NCBI GenBank assembly: GCA_964520645.1
Contig: CAZFND010000003.1
Location: forward strand, 881-64,880
DNA: 64,000 nt
Direction: 5' to 3'
DNA from: an uncultured Candidatus Saccharibacteria bacterium
GTDB taxonomy: Bacteria > Patescibacteriota > Minisyncoccia > Phycocordibacterales > JAKAEA01
The notes beneath the pieces were generated by a model. That model was not told the DNA's origin. It searched no databases and saw only the letters and a program-made list of their open reading frames with translations. The position numbers were made by a program, and so were the translations under genes. Shown here piece after piece: positions 1-8,860 of the stretch. The first letter of the stretch is position 1, and each line of letters begins with the position of its first letter.

Positions 1-566
1 GGAGTACTGGTACCTACTGTTGTTGTTGCAGGGGGAGGAGGAATAGGATTACTTACTGATCCACCACCACCGCTGCCGCTACTAGAAACGCTACCTCCAG
101 CTCCACCACTGTATACAATTGTTGGAGTAGAAGAAGCTGTAGTTGGAGTGCCGTGAAGTAAGATATAAAGTAATTTTTGACGTGTTTTAAGAGCAACTAC
201 TCCAGTACCACGGGTGAGCTGAAGTGGTGTAAGAATATCAGCACGATATTTTTCCTGAAATTTAATAACTGCTTTTTCTGTGAGCCTTCCGTAATATGTT
301 GTTTCGTGCCCGGCAGATCCTACACCAAATAAAGCAATACGTGTATCAGGATCTTTATTTAAAAGTTTTTGGAGAGCAAGAACATCTTGACCTTTGCTTC
401 CATACCGAAGTGTTCGATTGATAAATGATGTTGTTGTACTTTGTGCTTGAATTTTTTCAACAAGAAAAGCAACACCAAATCCTTCAAGAAATAGAAATAC
501 AATAGCACCAATAACAAGACCAGTTTTTGATAACGCACTCAAATGTCGTTTGTGGAGAGATTTCAT
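1..566 (-). CDS. Secreted/membrane-anchored protein with a peptidoglycan-binding domain, then a Gly/Ser/Pro/Thr linker (partial, runs off window start)
   Basis: Manual translation from ATG 566: N-terminal TM, then LRYGSKGQDVLALQKLLN...YYGRLTEKAVIKFQEKY...GTGVVALKTRQKL (PG_binding_1 pattern). Confidence 0.8.
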   Translation of the reverse strand, partial: MKSLHKRHLSALSKTGLVIGAIVFLFLEGFGVAFLVEKIQAQSTTTSFINRTLRYGSKGQDVLALQKLLNKDPDTRIALFGVGSAGHETTYYGRLTEKAVIKFQEKYRADILTPLQLTRGTGVVALKTRQKLLYILLHGTPTTASSTPTIVYSGGAGGSVSSSGSGGGGSVSNPIPPPPATTTVGTST

Positions 567-568
567 GA

Positions 569-1357
569 TTAGTAGTAAGTATCAATATTTGCTAAGTGTT
601 CTTGGTATGAACGTGCAGTGTGAATACGGCCATTTTCGTCATGAATATAAAACAGGATATCAGACTTGGGAGGATTAAGTGCAGCCCAGATTGCATCTTC
701 ACTTGGACTTGAAATAGCCGTAGGTGGAAATCCTTTATAAAGATATGTATTGTATGGAGAATCAATCTTCAAATCAGATGACAATACACGTGGCCACCAG
801 CGAGTGCTTGTGCCCTTAACATATTGTATTGTTGCATCCATTTGAAGTGGCATACCTTGAAATATTCTATTCCAAATCACGGCAGAAATGATTTTCATAT
901 CACTTTTACTTCCTGCCTCACGTTGAATAATAGAAGCAATTTTTATTGCTGTATCAAGATTGATAATATTTTTATCCAGTCGTGGATTGTTGAGAATTCT
1001 TTGATTAAAATTATCTATAATTTTTCTGTTTGCTTCGTCTGGTGAGCCGTCGATAGAAATAACATAGTTGTCAGGAAAGAAATATCCTTCTTCAGTAGAA
1101 GTTTCTCGCTCATGCGCATCAAGAAAATATTGTCGTTCTGCTGGGGTCCAGTTCAAAAGTTTTGCAAAGCGATCAGCAACTTCTTCTTTGCGCATGCCTG
1201 GCTCAAGACGTACGATAACCACCGAAGGAGTGGCAAAATTTCTATATGCATCCCAGATATTTTTCCCTGGATGGGTAATCTGCCAATAACTAAATCCAGC
1301 TTCAGCGGCAATAAGGAGAAAGAGAAGAATAACAATAATTGTCTTCTTTAGATTCAT
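569..1357 (-). CDS. mltG: Endolytic transglycosylase MltG (YceG family)
   Basis: N-terminal TM; EGYFFPDNY, IASIIQREA (catalytic Glu), LQMDATIQY, SPYNTY..GFPPTAISSP; start moved to ATG 1357. Confidence 0.9.
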   Translation of the reverse strand: MNLKKTIIVILLFLLIAAEAGFSYWQITHPGKNIWDAYRNFATPSVVIVRLEPGMRKEEVADRFAKLLNWTPAERQYFLDAHERETSTEEGYFFPDNYVISIDGSPDEANRKIIDNFNQRILNNPRLDKNIINLDTAIKIASIIQREAGSKSDMKIISAVIWNRIFQGMPLQMDATIQYVKGTSTRWWPRVLSSDLKIDSPYNTYLYKGFPPTAISSPSEDAIWAALNPPKSDILFYIHDENGRIHTARSYQEHLANIDTYY

Positions 1358-1431
1358 ACTTATATAGTATACAACAACTTGATTAATAATGTATAAGGAA
1401 ATTTTTTGTATGTGAATACGTCTTGTATGGT

Positions 1432-1800
1432 ATGTCACCCTATGAACTTTTTAAGAAAGAAAAAACACTCGTACAGCAGGCGGCTCAAAGTGAACAGGGG
1501 GAAATTATTCTCCGTAAACATATATATCCTCTTATAGAAAGCATTTCACTCTATTATTCGGCTCACTATAATGTTCCGTACAAAGAACTCATTCCAATAG
1601 GATGGACTCATTTTGAGTATGCATTAATAAATTATCGTAAAAGATTGCGAAAAATGAATGTACGAAATTTTCCACGGCGAGAAATGTATAGTTTCGGGTT
1701 ATATTTTGTGTGGTATATTCAGCAAAGTATTGAAACATACTTAGGAATATCAAAACGGCCGCTCATAGGAATCGTGCCCAAAAAATCATCACACAAATAA
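1432..1800 (+). CDS. Hypothetical protein resembling an isolated sigma-70 region 2
   Basis: PLIESISLYY..ELIPIGWTHFEYALINY..YSFGLYFVWYIQQSI aligns by eye with RLVVSIAKKY..DLIQEGNIGLMKAVDKF..YKFSTYATWWIRQAI. Confidence 0.6.
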   Translation: MSPYELFKKEKTLVQQAAQSEQGEIILRKHIYPLIESISLYYSAHYNVPYKELIPIGWTHFEYALINYRKRLRKMNVRNFPRREMYSFGLYFVWYIQQSIETYLGISKRPLIGIVPKKSSHK

Positions 1801-2724
1801 TTACTTGTGTTTGTGAAGGTAGAGATAAATATCTTCAAGTGCTTTTACAGCATCTCCTGCAGCGATGTTGTTTTGATGAAAAAGTCCATCAGTACAATCA
1901 CCAGCTGCCCAAATACCATCTGCTGATGTGCGTTGTGTACGAGGATCTACAATAATATGATTCCATTGATCAACGTTTACTAATTCTTTAAGAAAATCAG
2001 TGTTGGGAATAGAACCTATTTCGACAAATATACCTGAAACAGGCAGTGTGATAGTTGTATCTGAATTTTTTTCTTTGTATACGAGACCATTTACAAATTT
2101 ATCACCTTTTACTTCTACAATATCAGTATTTTTGATAGCTTTAAATTTTGGATCCTTGAGAGTTTTTTCTACGGTTATCGGATCAGCTTTGAAATCTGTG
2201 CGTGCTAGTAATGTTACTGATTTACAATAGGCTAATAGCTGAGCTGCTGTATCAAATGCAGCATTTCCTCCTCCTACAACGGCAACATCCATATCTGCAA
2301 AAAGGGGACCATCACAACTAGCACAGTAGGTAAGGCCTTTATTATCAAATTCTTGTGCTCCTGGGACATCGAGAGCTCGGCGGCGGCTTCCTGCAGTCAT
2401 AAGAACAGTACGAGCTGTGTATGTTGCATTATCAGTAGTAACTTCAAATTCAGAACCTACTTTTTTTACATGAGTTACATATTCTCCAGTTTTAACATCA
2501 ACACTTTCACCAGCGTAGGCCATAAGATGAGCTTCTAAGCTTTTTGCAAAATTTTCTCCCGTGATAGAAATAGTTCCAATCCAATTTTGGATATCAAGGG
2601 AGACAGTACTCTGACTCAAGAAATCTTTAGTGATAAAAACAGTTTTTAATCGTTTGCGAGCAGCATATACACCAGCTGCTACTCCAGCGGGGCCACCTCC
2701 AATAATTGCTAAGTCATAATTCAT
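1801..2724 (-). CDS. trxB: Thioredoxin reductase / AhpF-like FAD-dependent disulfide oxidoreductase
   Basis: GGGPAG FAD motif, YCASCDG redox pair, GGGNAA NAD(P)H motif, AAGDCT. Confidence 0.88.
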   Translation of the reverse strand: MNYDLAIIGGGPAGVAAGVYAARKRLKTVFITKDFLSQSTVSLDIQNWIGTISITGENFAKSLEAHLMAYAGESVDVKTGEYVTHVKKVGSEFEVTTDNATYTARTVLMTAGSRRRALDVPGAQEFDNKGLTYCASCDGPLFADMDVAVVGGGNAAFDTAAQLLAYCKSVTLLARTDFKADPITVEKTLKDPKFKAIKNTDIVEVKGDKFVNGLVYKEKNSDTTITLPVSGIFVEIGSIPNTDFLKELVNVDQWNHIIVDPRTQRTSADGIWAAGDCTDGLFHQNNIAAGDAVKALEDIYLYLHKHK

Positions 2725-2756
2725 AGTTGTACTAGTATATCAGAACTTTTATTGCT

Positions 2757-2785
2757 ACCAAAACCCCTCTTTTTTAAAGAGGGGT
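2757..2785 (-). terminator. Intrinsic terminator after ftsZ
   Basis: ACCCCTCTTT/AAAGAGGGGT stem followed by TTT on the minus strand. Confidence 0.6.
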
Positions 2786-2791
2786 AATGTT

Positions 2792-4000
2792 TTATTTTAT
2801 TTTAGATCTTCGCAAGAATGCTGGAATTGCTCCCCAGTCATCATCGTCATTTGATTCTTTTTTCTCATCTACAGGCTTGGCTGTAGAATCCTTAGGAGCA
2901 GGATTGATAGGATTTGGAGTAATTGTATTATAAATGCGTCCTCGTTCTGCTGGTTTCTCGTATTTGGGTTCTACGCGCTCTACAACCGGCTGTGGACGTT
3001 CTATAACTGGTTCGTCAGCTTGGTATGTTGTTCGTTTTCCAAGAGCTTCGGGGAAACCTGATGCGATTACGGTAACTTTGATTTCATTCTTCTTGAGCTT
3101 ATCATCGCGTACTGTACCGAAGATAACTTTTGCATTTGGATCAACAGATTCGGTAATGATTTTTGCCGCATCTTGGATTTCAAACATAGTAAGGTCATCA
3201 CCACCGGCAATAGAAAAGAGTACACCCTTTGCTCCATGAATAGAAAGATCGAGAAGTGGTGAATTGATTGCAGCTTTTGCTGCTTCTTCTGCACGCTTTT
3301 CTCCACTTGCTAGACCGATTCCCATGAGTGCAGATCCCGCATCATCAAGAATTGCTCTAATATCGGCAAAGTCTACGTTGATAACTCCAGGAGTTGTAAT
3401 AAGATCAGAAATACCTTCTACTGCTTGTTTAAGGATTTCATCACACATCATGAAGGCTTGCTTTGCAGTTGTATCTTTGCTGATCGTGTTAAGAATTCTG
3501 TCGTTTGGAATAATGATGATAGCGTCTACAGTTTTTCGAAGTTCTTCGATACCTTGTTCTGCAAATCGCATTCGTTGATTGCCTTCAAAGAAAAAGGGCT
3601 TTGTAACTACTCCAACAGTAAGTGCTCCAATTTCTTTTGCCACTTTTGCAACAATGGGTGCTGCACCTGTAGCAGTTCCTCCACCCATTCCACCAGCCAA
3701 GAAAATCATATCAGCACCTTTTAGTGCTTCTTGGATTTCTTCTTTAGTTTCTTCTGCAGCACGTTTGCCAAGCTCAGGATTCATTCCTGCTCCAAGTCCT
3801 CGAGTTACATTTTTTCCAATATGGATTTTTTTCTTTGCGAGTGAGTGATGAAGATCTTGTGCATCAGTGTTTACGGCAATAAACTCAACGCCCTTAACTT
3901 TAGAATTAACCATATGGTTAACGGCATTTTTACCAGATCCTCCCACGCCAACAACCTTTATTCGGGCAAATGTTTCTACTTCTGTTTTGACTTGTGGCAT
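2792..4000 (-). CDS. ftsZ: Cell division protein FtsZ
   Basis: GVGGSG, NTDAQDL, GGMGGGTATG tubulin signature, INVDFAD, C-terminal IPAFLRR. Confidence 0.99.
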   Translation of the reverse strand: MPQVKTEVETFARIKVVGVGGSGKNAVNHMVNSKVKGVEFIAVNTDAQDLHHSLAKKKIHIGKNVTRGLGAGMNPELGKRAAEETKEEIQEALKGADMIFLAGGMGGGTATGAAPIVAKVAKEIGALTVGVVTKPFFFEGNQRMRFAEQGIEELRKTVDAIIIIPNDRILNTISKDTTAKQAFMMCDEILKQAVEGISDLITTPGVINVDFADIRAILDDAGSALMGIGLASGEKRAEEAAKAAINSPLLDLSIHGAKGVLFSIAGGDDLTMFEIQDAAKIITESVDPNAKVIFGTVRDDKLKKNEIKVTVIASGFPEALGKRTTYQADEPVIERPQPVVERVEPKYEKPAERGRIYNTITPNPINPAPKDSTAKPVDEKKESNDDDDWGAIPAFLRRSKIK

Positions 4001-4120
4001 ATGTATGTTTCTTGCTGATTAGTCGTTAGTTACACAATAATACTATACCTCTTTCTAAAAGGAAAACAGTTGATCTTATCAGGTATATATGCTCCAATGT
4101 TGCTAAAAAATAAGGAAAAT

Positions 4121-5296
4121 TTATGGTAAGAATTGTTTAATCCATGCCAAAATATTAGTTTTTGTTTTTTGTGCAATTTTAACTCCTATAGAAGGTTCCT
4201 CTCCTTGAGTAAATCCAAGAATACAAAGACCGTATGCAACAGCCCATGTAGGATTTTTGAGTCCACGTCCATCTCCGCTAAAATGTGTATCACCAATTTT
4301 TGCAGGAAGCTTTAATGATGATCGCGCCACATCTTCTATGTTAGAAATAGATGCACCTCCTCCAGTCATAATAATCCCAGCAGGTAATAATCCGTTTCGT
4401 CCAATCTTTTTTAGATGTGATTCAATGAGTTCAAAAATATCCGAGAGTCGTGCTTCAACAATTTCTTCTAATTTCTTTTTTGAATATGATGCATCTATAT
4501 GTGAGCCCGTTTTTAAAAGTTCTGCTTCTTCAAGAGAAATTTTTAAGCCAAGTGCAATGTCGTGAGTTACATCGATTGATCCAATGGGGAAGACTTCGAG
4601 TGAAATTGGAATATTATTTTCAAAGACAACAATTGAAACTGTTTCTGCTCCAATATTTGCCAAGACACAGCCAGCGATTTTTTGTGTTTTTGTAAGGGCA
4701 ACGAGGCTTGCTGCCAATGGTCCGGCCATGACATCCTCTACTTCAATACCAGCATCTCCCAACACTTGAATGAGATCTGTTAAATGTTGATCAAGACAGG
4801 TAATAAAAAGGGTACGAGCTTCAAGCTTCATTCCTTTCATTCCTTGAGGACGACCGAGTACAGTGCGTCCGTCTATTTTGTAAGAAATCGGAATAGAATG
4901 AATTACTTTTCTATTGATTGCAAAAGATGAAGGAAGTTCATTTTCACATGCTTCAAGTGTCTTTTTTACATCAAGGTCAGTAATTTCGGAATCTCCGCGA
5001 GAAACAATAACTGAACCTTGGCATACTGTACCGGTAAGTCCTAGGCCAGCGATAGAAATAAAAGCTTTTTTGATATCAACACCAGCTGTTTTTTCTGCTT
5101 GGCGGACTGCAGCTTTGACACTGCGCACTGCATCTGCATAGCTAATAACATATCCATGGCGAAGTCCTTTTGATTCTGATGAGCCGGTGCCAATGATTTT
5201 TGGGAATGGTTTATCTTTACCATGTACGAGTTCGGCCACCACCACCTTTACGTGATGCGTTCCAACATCTATTCCCACTGTAATATTACGAGCCAC
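4121..5296 (-). CDS. ftsA: Cell division protein FtsA
   Basis: GIDVGT, NIGAETV, MTGGGA actin-fold motifs; directly upstream of ftsZ. Confidence 0.96.
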   Translation of the reverse strand: MARNITVGIDVGTHHVKVVVAELVHGKDKPFPKIIGTGSSESKGLRHGYVISYADAVRSVKAAVRQAEKTAGVDIKKAFISIAGLGLTGTVCQGSVIVSRGDSEITDLDVKKTLEACENELPSSFAINRKVIHSIPISYKIDGRTVLGRPQGMKGMKLEARTLFITCLDQHLTDLIQVLGDAGIEVEDVMAGPLAASLVALTKTQKIAGCVLANIGAETVSIVVFENNIPISLEVFPIGSIDVTHDIALGLKISLEEAELLKTGSHIDASYSKKKLEEIVEARLSDIFELIESHLKKIGRNGLLPAGIIMTGGGASISNIEDVARSSLKLPAKIGDTHFSGDGRGLKNPTWAVAYGLCILGFTQGEEPSIGVKIAQKTKTNILAWIKQFLP

Positions 5297-5362
5297 TCTT
5301 ATAATGTTATGTTAATTTTTAACATTATAACACAGTGCCTAATTTGTGTTTTGCACAGGTAG

Positions 5363-5746
5363 CTAAATTTTAAATTTTTCTCGAATTTTTACTTCCTTTT
5401 GTTCCATTTCTTCACCGTGATCGAGGCCCGTGAGGTGCACAAGTCCATGTACAAATAAAAATGCAATATAATTTTCGTATGTTCGTTCAAAAAGATGTGC
5501 TTCTTTTTCTGAATATGATAAGCAAATAAAAATTTCTCCAGAAGACTCATCAAGAGGGAAGCTTAAAATATTTGTAGGTTTATCTTTTTGTCGGGTTTTG
5601 AGATTAAGCTCATGCATTTCTTTTTCATCGAGAAATACAAGGCTGAGTTCATAATCCTCACCTAAAGCGAAGTTTTTGATATCACGAAAAGGCAAGCTGG
5701 GAAGCTTGCCTTTAGTTTTATTGAGAATTTCGAATGCGTCCTGCAT
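5363..5746 (-). CDS. ybeY: rRNA maturation RNase YbeY
   Basis: DKPTNILSFP, GEIFIC, HGLVHLTGLDH. Confidence 0.95.
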   Translation of the reverse strand: MQDAFEILNKTKGKLPSLPFRDIKNFALGEDYELSLVFLDEKEMHELNLKTRQKDKPTNILSFPLDESSGEIFICLSYSEKEAHLFERTYENYIAFLFVHGLVHLTGLDHGEEMEQKEVKIREKFKI

Positions 5747-5985
5747 TATCTTCGAACGTATGCTTCCTGAGCTTTTCCAAGCTTCACTTGAAGTTCGTGT
5801 TCTGTTCGTCTTCGAAGTGTTTTGAGGGTCTTCTTCTTTCGAACGTATCGTGATTCATCTCGTTTTGCATAGCGGAGAGAACGTACTCGCGTAAGAATTC
5901 CTGCTCCTTGAACTCGCTTGGTAAAGCGTTTTAGAACGTTTGTGGCGTTCTCATTAGTGTTTTTCTGGACCTCTACATTTATCAT
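5746..5985 (-). CDS. rpsU: 30S ribosomal protein S21 (CPR-type)
   Basis: Small basic protein: VEVQKNTNENATNVLKRFTKRVQGAGIL..R..RY. Confidence 0.7.
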   Translation of the reverse strand: MINVEVQKNTNENATNVLKRFTKRVQGAGILTRVRSLRYAKRDESRYVRKKKTLKTLRRRTEHELQVKLGKAQEAYVRR

Positions 5986-6013
5986 AATAGATCAAAGGTT
6001 AACATATTAAGCT

Positions 6014-7201
6014 TTATTTGACAAGCTTCTTCAAGAAATCAGCTGCCTCGGTAATTCGTACGGTTTCTTGAGACCGATTGGTCATTTCTCGTATAAGAAC
6101 AGTGTTTTCCATACTCTCTTTTTGTCCCATAATGAGTATGTATGAGACGTTAAGATACTCAGCACTCGAAAGCTGGGTGGTAAGTTTGTCTTTTGTAAGG
6201 GAATGGTAAACCACAATTTTGGCTCTTCGTAATGTTTCAATGAATCCGAGACTCTTGAGCTTCGCCTCTCGACCCATTTGAATAAAGTAGAGCTCTGGCT
6301 TTTTAATCTTCTTTGTAGAGTTTGATGCTTTTGCGCTTTTAGAAAGGTAGAGTACCGCACTAATCCCAGGAACATCTTTTTTCAAACCGATTTTCTTCCC
6401 TAAATTTGCCCAACGGATACCATATGCAAGCAGTTGTGGATCTTGTTTCTCTTTTCCCTTTCCCCATATTTTGAAGATAGTATGAGATGCGAATCCTTCA
6501 TTATCTATTAAGCAACTATTGATAGAATAGGGAATATCACTCATTTCGAGAAGCTCTAATACTTCTTTAAAGTGAGTTCGGGATGATTCTGAAAGATAGT
6601 TCATTGGCTTTGGAGCGCGAGACTTAATTTCAGCACAGCCAGGATGATCACACGTGAGCGTAGCAAGAGCACTTTTCTTTAAAAGCTGTCGGCAATCAGC
6701 ATGAAGTTCACTCAGGTGCTTTTTAAAGTAGGTAGTAAGATCTCGAACACAACGATTCATTGAATCTTTGTCTCCAATACTATTTATTTCTACTGAGATT
6801 TCGTCATATCCTTCACTCTGTATGATTTCGTAACAGGTTTTTATGACGGTTGCATCGGCAATACTTTTTCCGGTGCCGATAATATCAAGAGAGAGTTGAA
6901 TCTTATCTTTCTTTTTTTCACTTGAAGTAAGCTTGTTTTCATTCATCATCATAAGAGGTACCTGAGAAGGCATTTTGGTGAAATAGGTACGAAGAAGAGC
7001 GATTTTTTCTTCGGGATGAATGTGATGTTGATCTATTGGATTATCAAGAAAAGCCTTGGCATGATCATGATCAGCCTTTTCTATACTTACTGGTGAAGCA
7101 GGAGTAAATCCATAATAAAGACCGATTTCAAATGCTTTGTGAGTTTCGGGATATGTCCAATACTGTTCGTTCTTATCTTTATTCTTTTGTTTTTTTGTCA
7201 T
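6014..7201 (-). CDS. Degenerate histidyl-tRNA synthetase-like protein with HGTP anticodon-binding domain
   Basis: HisRS layout (YYGF..P; HPEEK..LLRTY; EINSIGD; HFKEVLELLE; QLSSAEYLNVSYILIMGQKE) but motif 2, RGLDYY and GGRYD are not recognisable. Confidence 0.75.
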   Translation of the reverse strand: MTKKQKNKDKNEQYWTYPETHKAFEIGLYYGFTPASPVSIEKADHDHAKAFLDNPIDQHHIHPEEKIALLRTYFTKMPSQVPLMMMNENKLTSSEKKKDKIQLSLDIIGTGKSIADATVIKTCYEIIQSEGYDEISVEINSIGDKDSMNRCVRDLTTYFKKHLSELHADCRQLLKKSALATLTCDHPGCAEIKSRAPKPMNYLSESSRTHFKEVLELLEMSDIPYSINSCLIDNEGFASHTIFKIWGKGKEKQDPQLLAYGIRWANLGKKIGLKKDVPGISAVLYLSKSAKASNSTKKIKKPELYFIQMGREAKLKSLGFIETLRRAKIVVYHSLTKDKLTTQLSSAEYLNVSYILIMGQKESMENTVLIREMTNRSQETVRITEAADFLKKLVK

Positions 7202-7205
7202 GATC

Positions 7206-7769
7206 TTACTTCGATTCTCTGAATGTACCAGGATGAACTGAAATCTTCTGGAATGGGAACAGTCGAATGAGAGGAGTACCAATAATTAAATTTCGTGGAA
7301 GTGTACCCCAAACTCGAGAGTCTGAACTTTGACGGCGATTATCTCCCATTACAAAGTAGTCTGTATCTTTGAGGGTGACTTTAATATTGTCTTCTTTTTC
7401 ATTTACTTCACTTATGTATGGCTCATCAAGCGTAAAGCCATTTGGATATGTCTTATTCTTTATCGTGACAGTTGTACCGTTGATTTCTACTGATTCTCCA
7501 GGAAGGCCAATGATTCTTTTAATAAAATATTTACTTGGATCTTTAGGATATTTGAAAATAACGACTTGGCCACGTTCTGGTTCCCCGATTCTATAACTTA
7601 ACTGATCAACGATGAGATATTCGCCCGTTTCAAATGTGGGATCCATTGATGCACCACTGACAATGAATGGTTGAGCTACAAAAAATCTAATAGGGAGTAC
7701 AACTATGAATGCAAGAATTCCAAATTTTATAAGATCTTTAAAAAAATGTTCTTTCTTTTCTTCATTCAT
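7206..7769 (-). CDS. lepB: Signal peptidase I
   Basis: SGASMDPTF (Ser), FIKRIIGLPGE (Lys), GDNRRQSSDSRVWG. Confidence 0.97.
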   Translation of the reverse strand: MNEEKKEHFFKDLIKFGILAFIVVLPIRFFVAQPFIVSGASMDPTFETGEYLIVDQLSYRIGEPERGQVVIFKYPKDPSKYFIKRIIGLPGESVEINGTTVTIKNKTYPNGFTLDEPYISEVNEKEDNIKVTLKDTDYFVMGDNRRQSSDSRVWGTLPRNLIIGTPLIRLFPFQKISVHPGTFRESK

Positions 7770-7860
7770 AGAGGTTATTGGACAATTTTAATACATGTAG
7801 CTGTTTGACACAAGATCTCCTTCAATGACACAATGAATTTACGTTAAAAAAATAAATCAC

Positions 7861-8469
7861 ATGGCATTCATTATTGCTGGTTTGGGTAATCCTGATCAAG
7901 AATACATTCATACACGACACAATACAGGACGGATTATCTTGAAAGATGTTGCAAAAAAGTTTTCATTTTCAGAATTTGAAGATAATTCAAAAATCAAAGC
8001 TCTTATTTCAGAAGGAAAAATTGGAAAAGAGAAGGTTGTTCTTCTTGAACCCAACAATTTCATGAATAATTCAGGTTTTAGTATTGCAAAATTTCTTGGA
8101 GCAAAAATTCCAAGCAAAAAAGGCTTTCCCAATGTCATTGTAATTTATGACGACTTGGATCTACCACTCGGCAAAATAAAAATATCATATAATAAAAGTT
8201 CTGGTGGTCATCGAGGACTAGAATCTATTATCAAAGCACTTAAGACTCAAGAATTTGTGCGCATTAGAGTTGGTATTTCACCTGTTACTCCAGCTGGTAA
8301 GCTCAAGAAGCCGATGGGTGAAGCTGCTGTTGAAAAGCATATTTTGGGGGAATTCAAACCTACAGAATTAGAATTACTTTCAAAAACTGCAGATTCAGTC
8401 TCAGGAATTATAGAAACTATTATTACAGAAGGTAGAGAACGAGCTATAAGTACGTTTGTGAATAAGTAG
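7861..8469 (+). CDS. pth: Peptidyl-tRNA hydrolase
   Basis: GLGNP..Y..TRHNTG, FMNNSG, YDDLDLP, SGGHRGL. Confidence 0.97.
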   Translation: MAFIIAGLGNPDQEYIHTRHNTGRIILKDVAKKFSFSEFEDNSKIKALISEGKIGKEKVVLLEPNNFMNNSGFSIAKFLGAKIPSKKGFPNVIVIYDDLDLPLGKIKISYNKSSGGHRGLESIIKALKTQEFVRIRVGISPVTPAGKLKKPMGEAAVEKHILGEFKPTELELLSKTADSVSGIIETIITEGRERAISTFVNK

Positions 8470-8561
8470 CTAGACTTTTCTATTACGTGTGTTTCACTAT
8501 AGATAGTGTGTGTTTGTTCACCCGCTTTTGCCTACAAGGAGGCAGAAATAAGGAGGAGAAA

Positions 8562-8780
8562 ATGCAATCAGATACATGGGTCCATTGGTTCCTGTGGCAC
8601 ATTCCCTTCTGGGGAATTAGGTTGAGTTGGGCAATTGCTGCCTATTTGCTGTTTACAGCATTGGTTATGTATTTGCCAATCCTCACAACTTCTGTGCTTG
8701 CATGGATCGGTGGAGGTCTCATTTGTGTATGTATACTATCCTATTTAATAGGAGTAAGACTTTCTAACGAAGGAGAATAA
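8562..8780 (+). CDS. Small Trp-rich membrane protein (72 aa, 2 TM)
   Basis: AAGGAGG SD (two copies) before ATG 8562; hydrophobic helices; hairpin plus T-run downstream (8795-8838). Confidence 0.6.
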   Translation: MQSDTWVHWFLWHIPFWGIRLSWAIAAYLLFTALVMYLPILTTSVLAWIGGGLICVCILSYLIGVRLSNEGE

Positions 8781-8860
8781 ATTCTGTTCAAAACAAAAAC
8801 CCGTTTCTGGAGGGGAGCCAGCCGGGTTTTTATTTTTCTCAATTTATAATTTTTTAGAAA

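Noticed and set aside
5294-5320. dif site (TTATGTTAA XerD-like arm)
   Set aside because: Spacing to the left arm is not the 6-bp central region; better explained as part of an inverted repeat at the ftsA promoter
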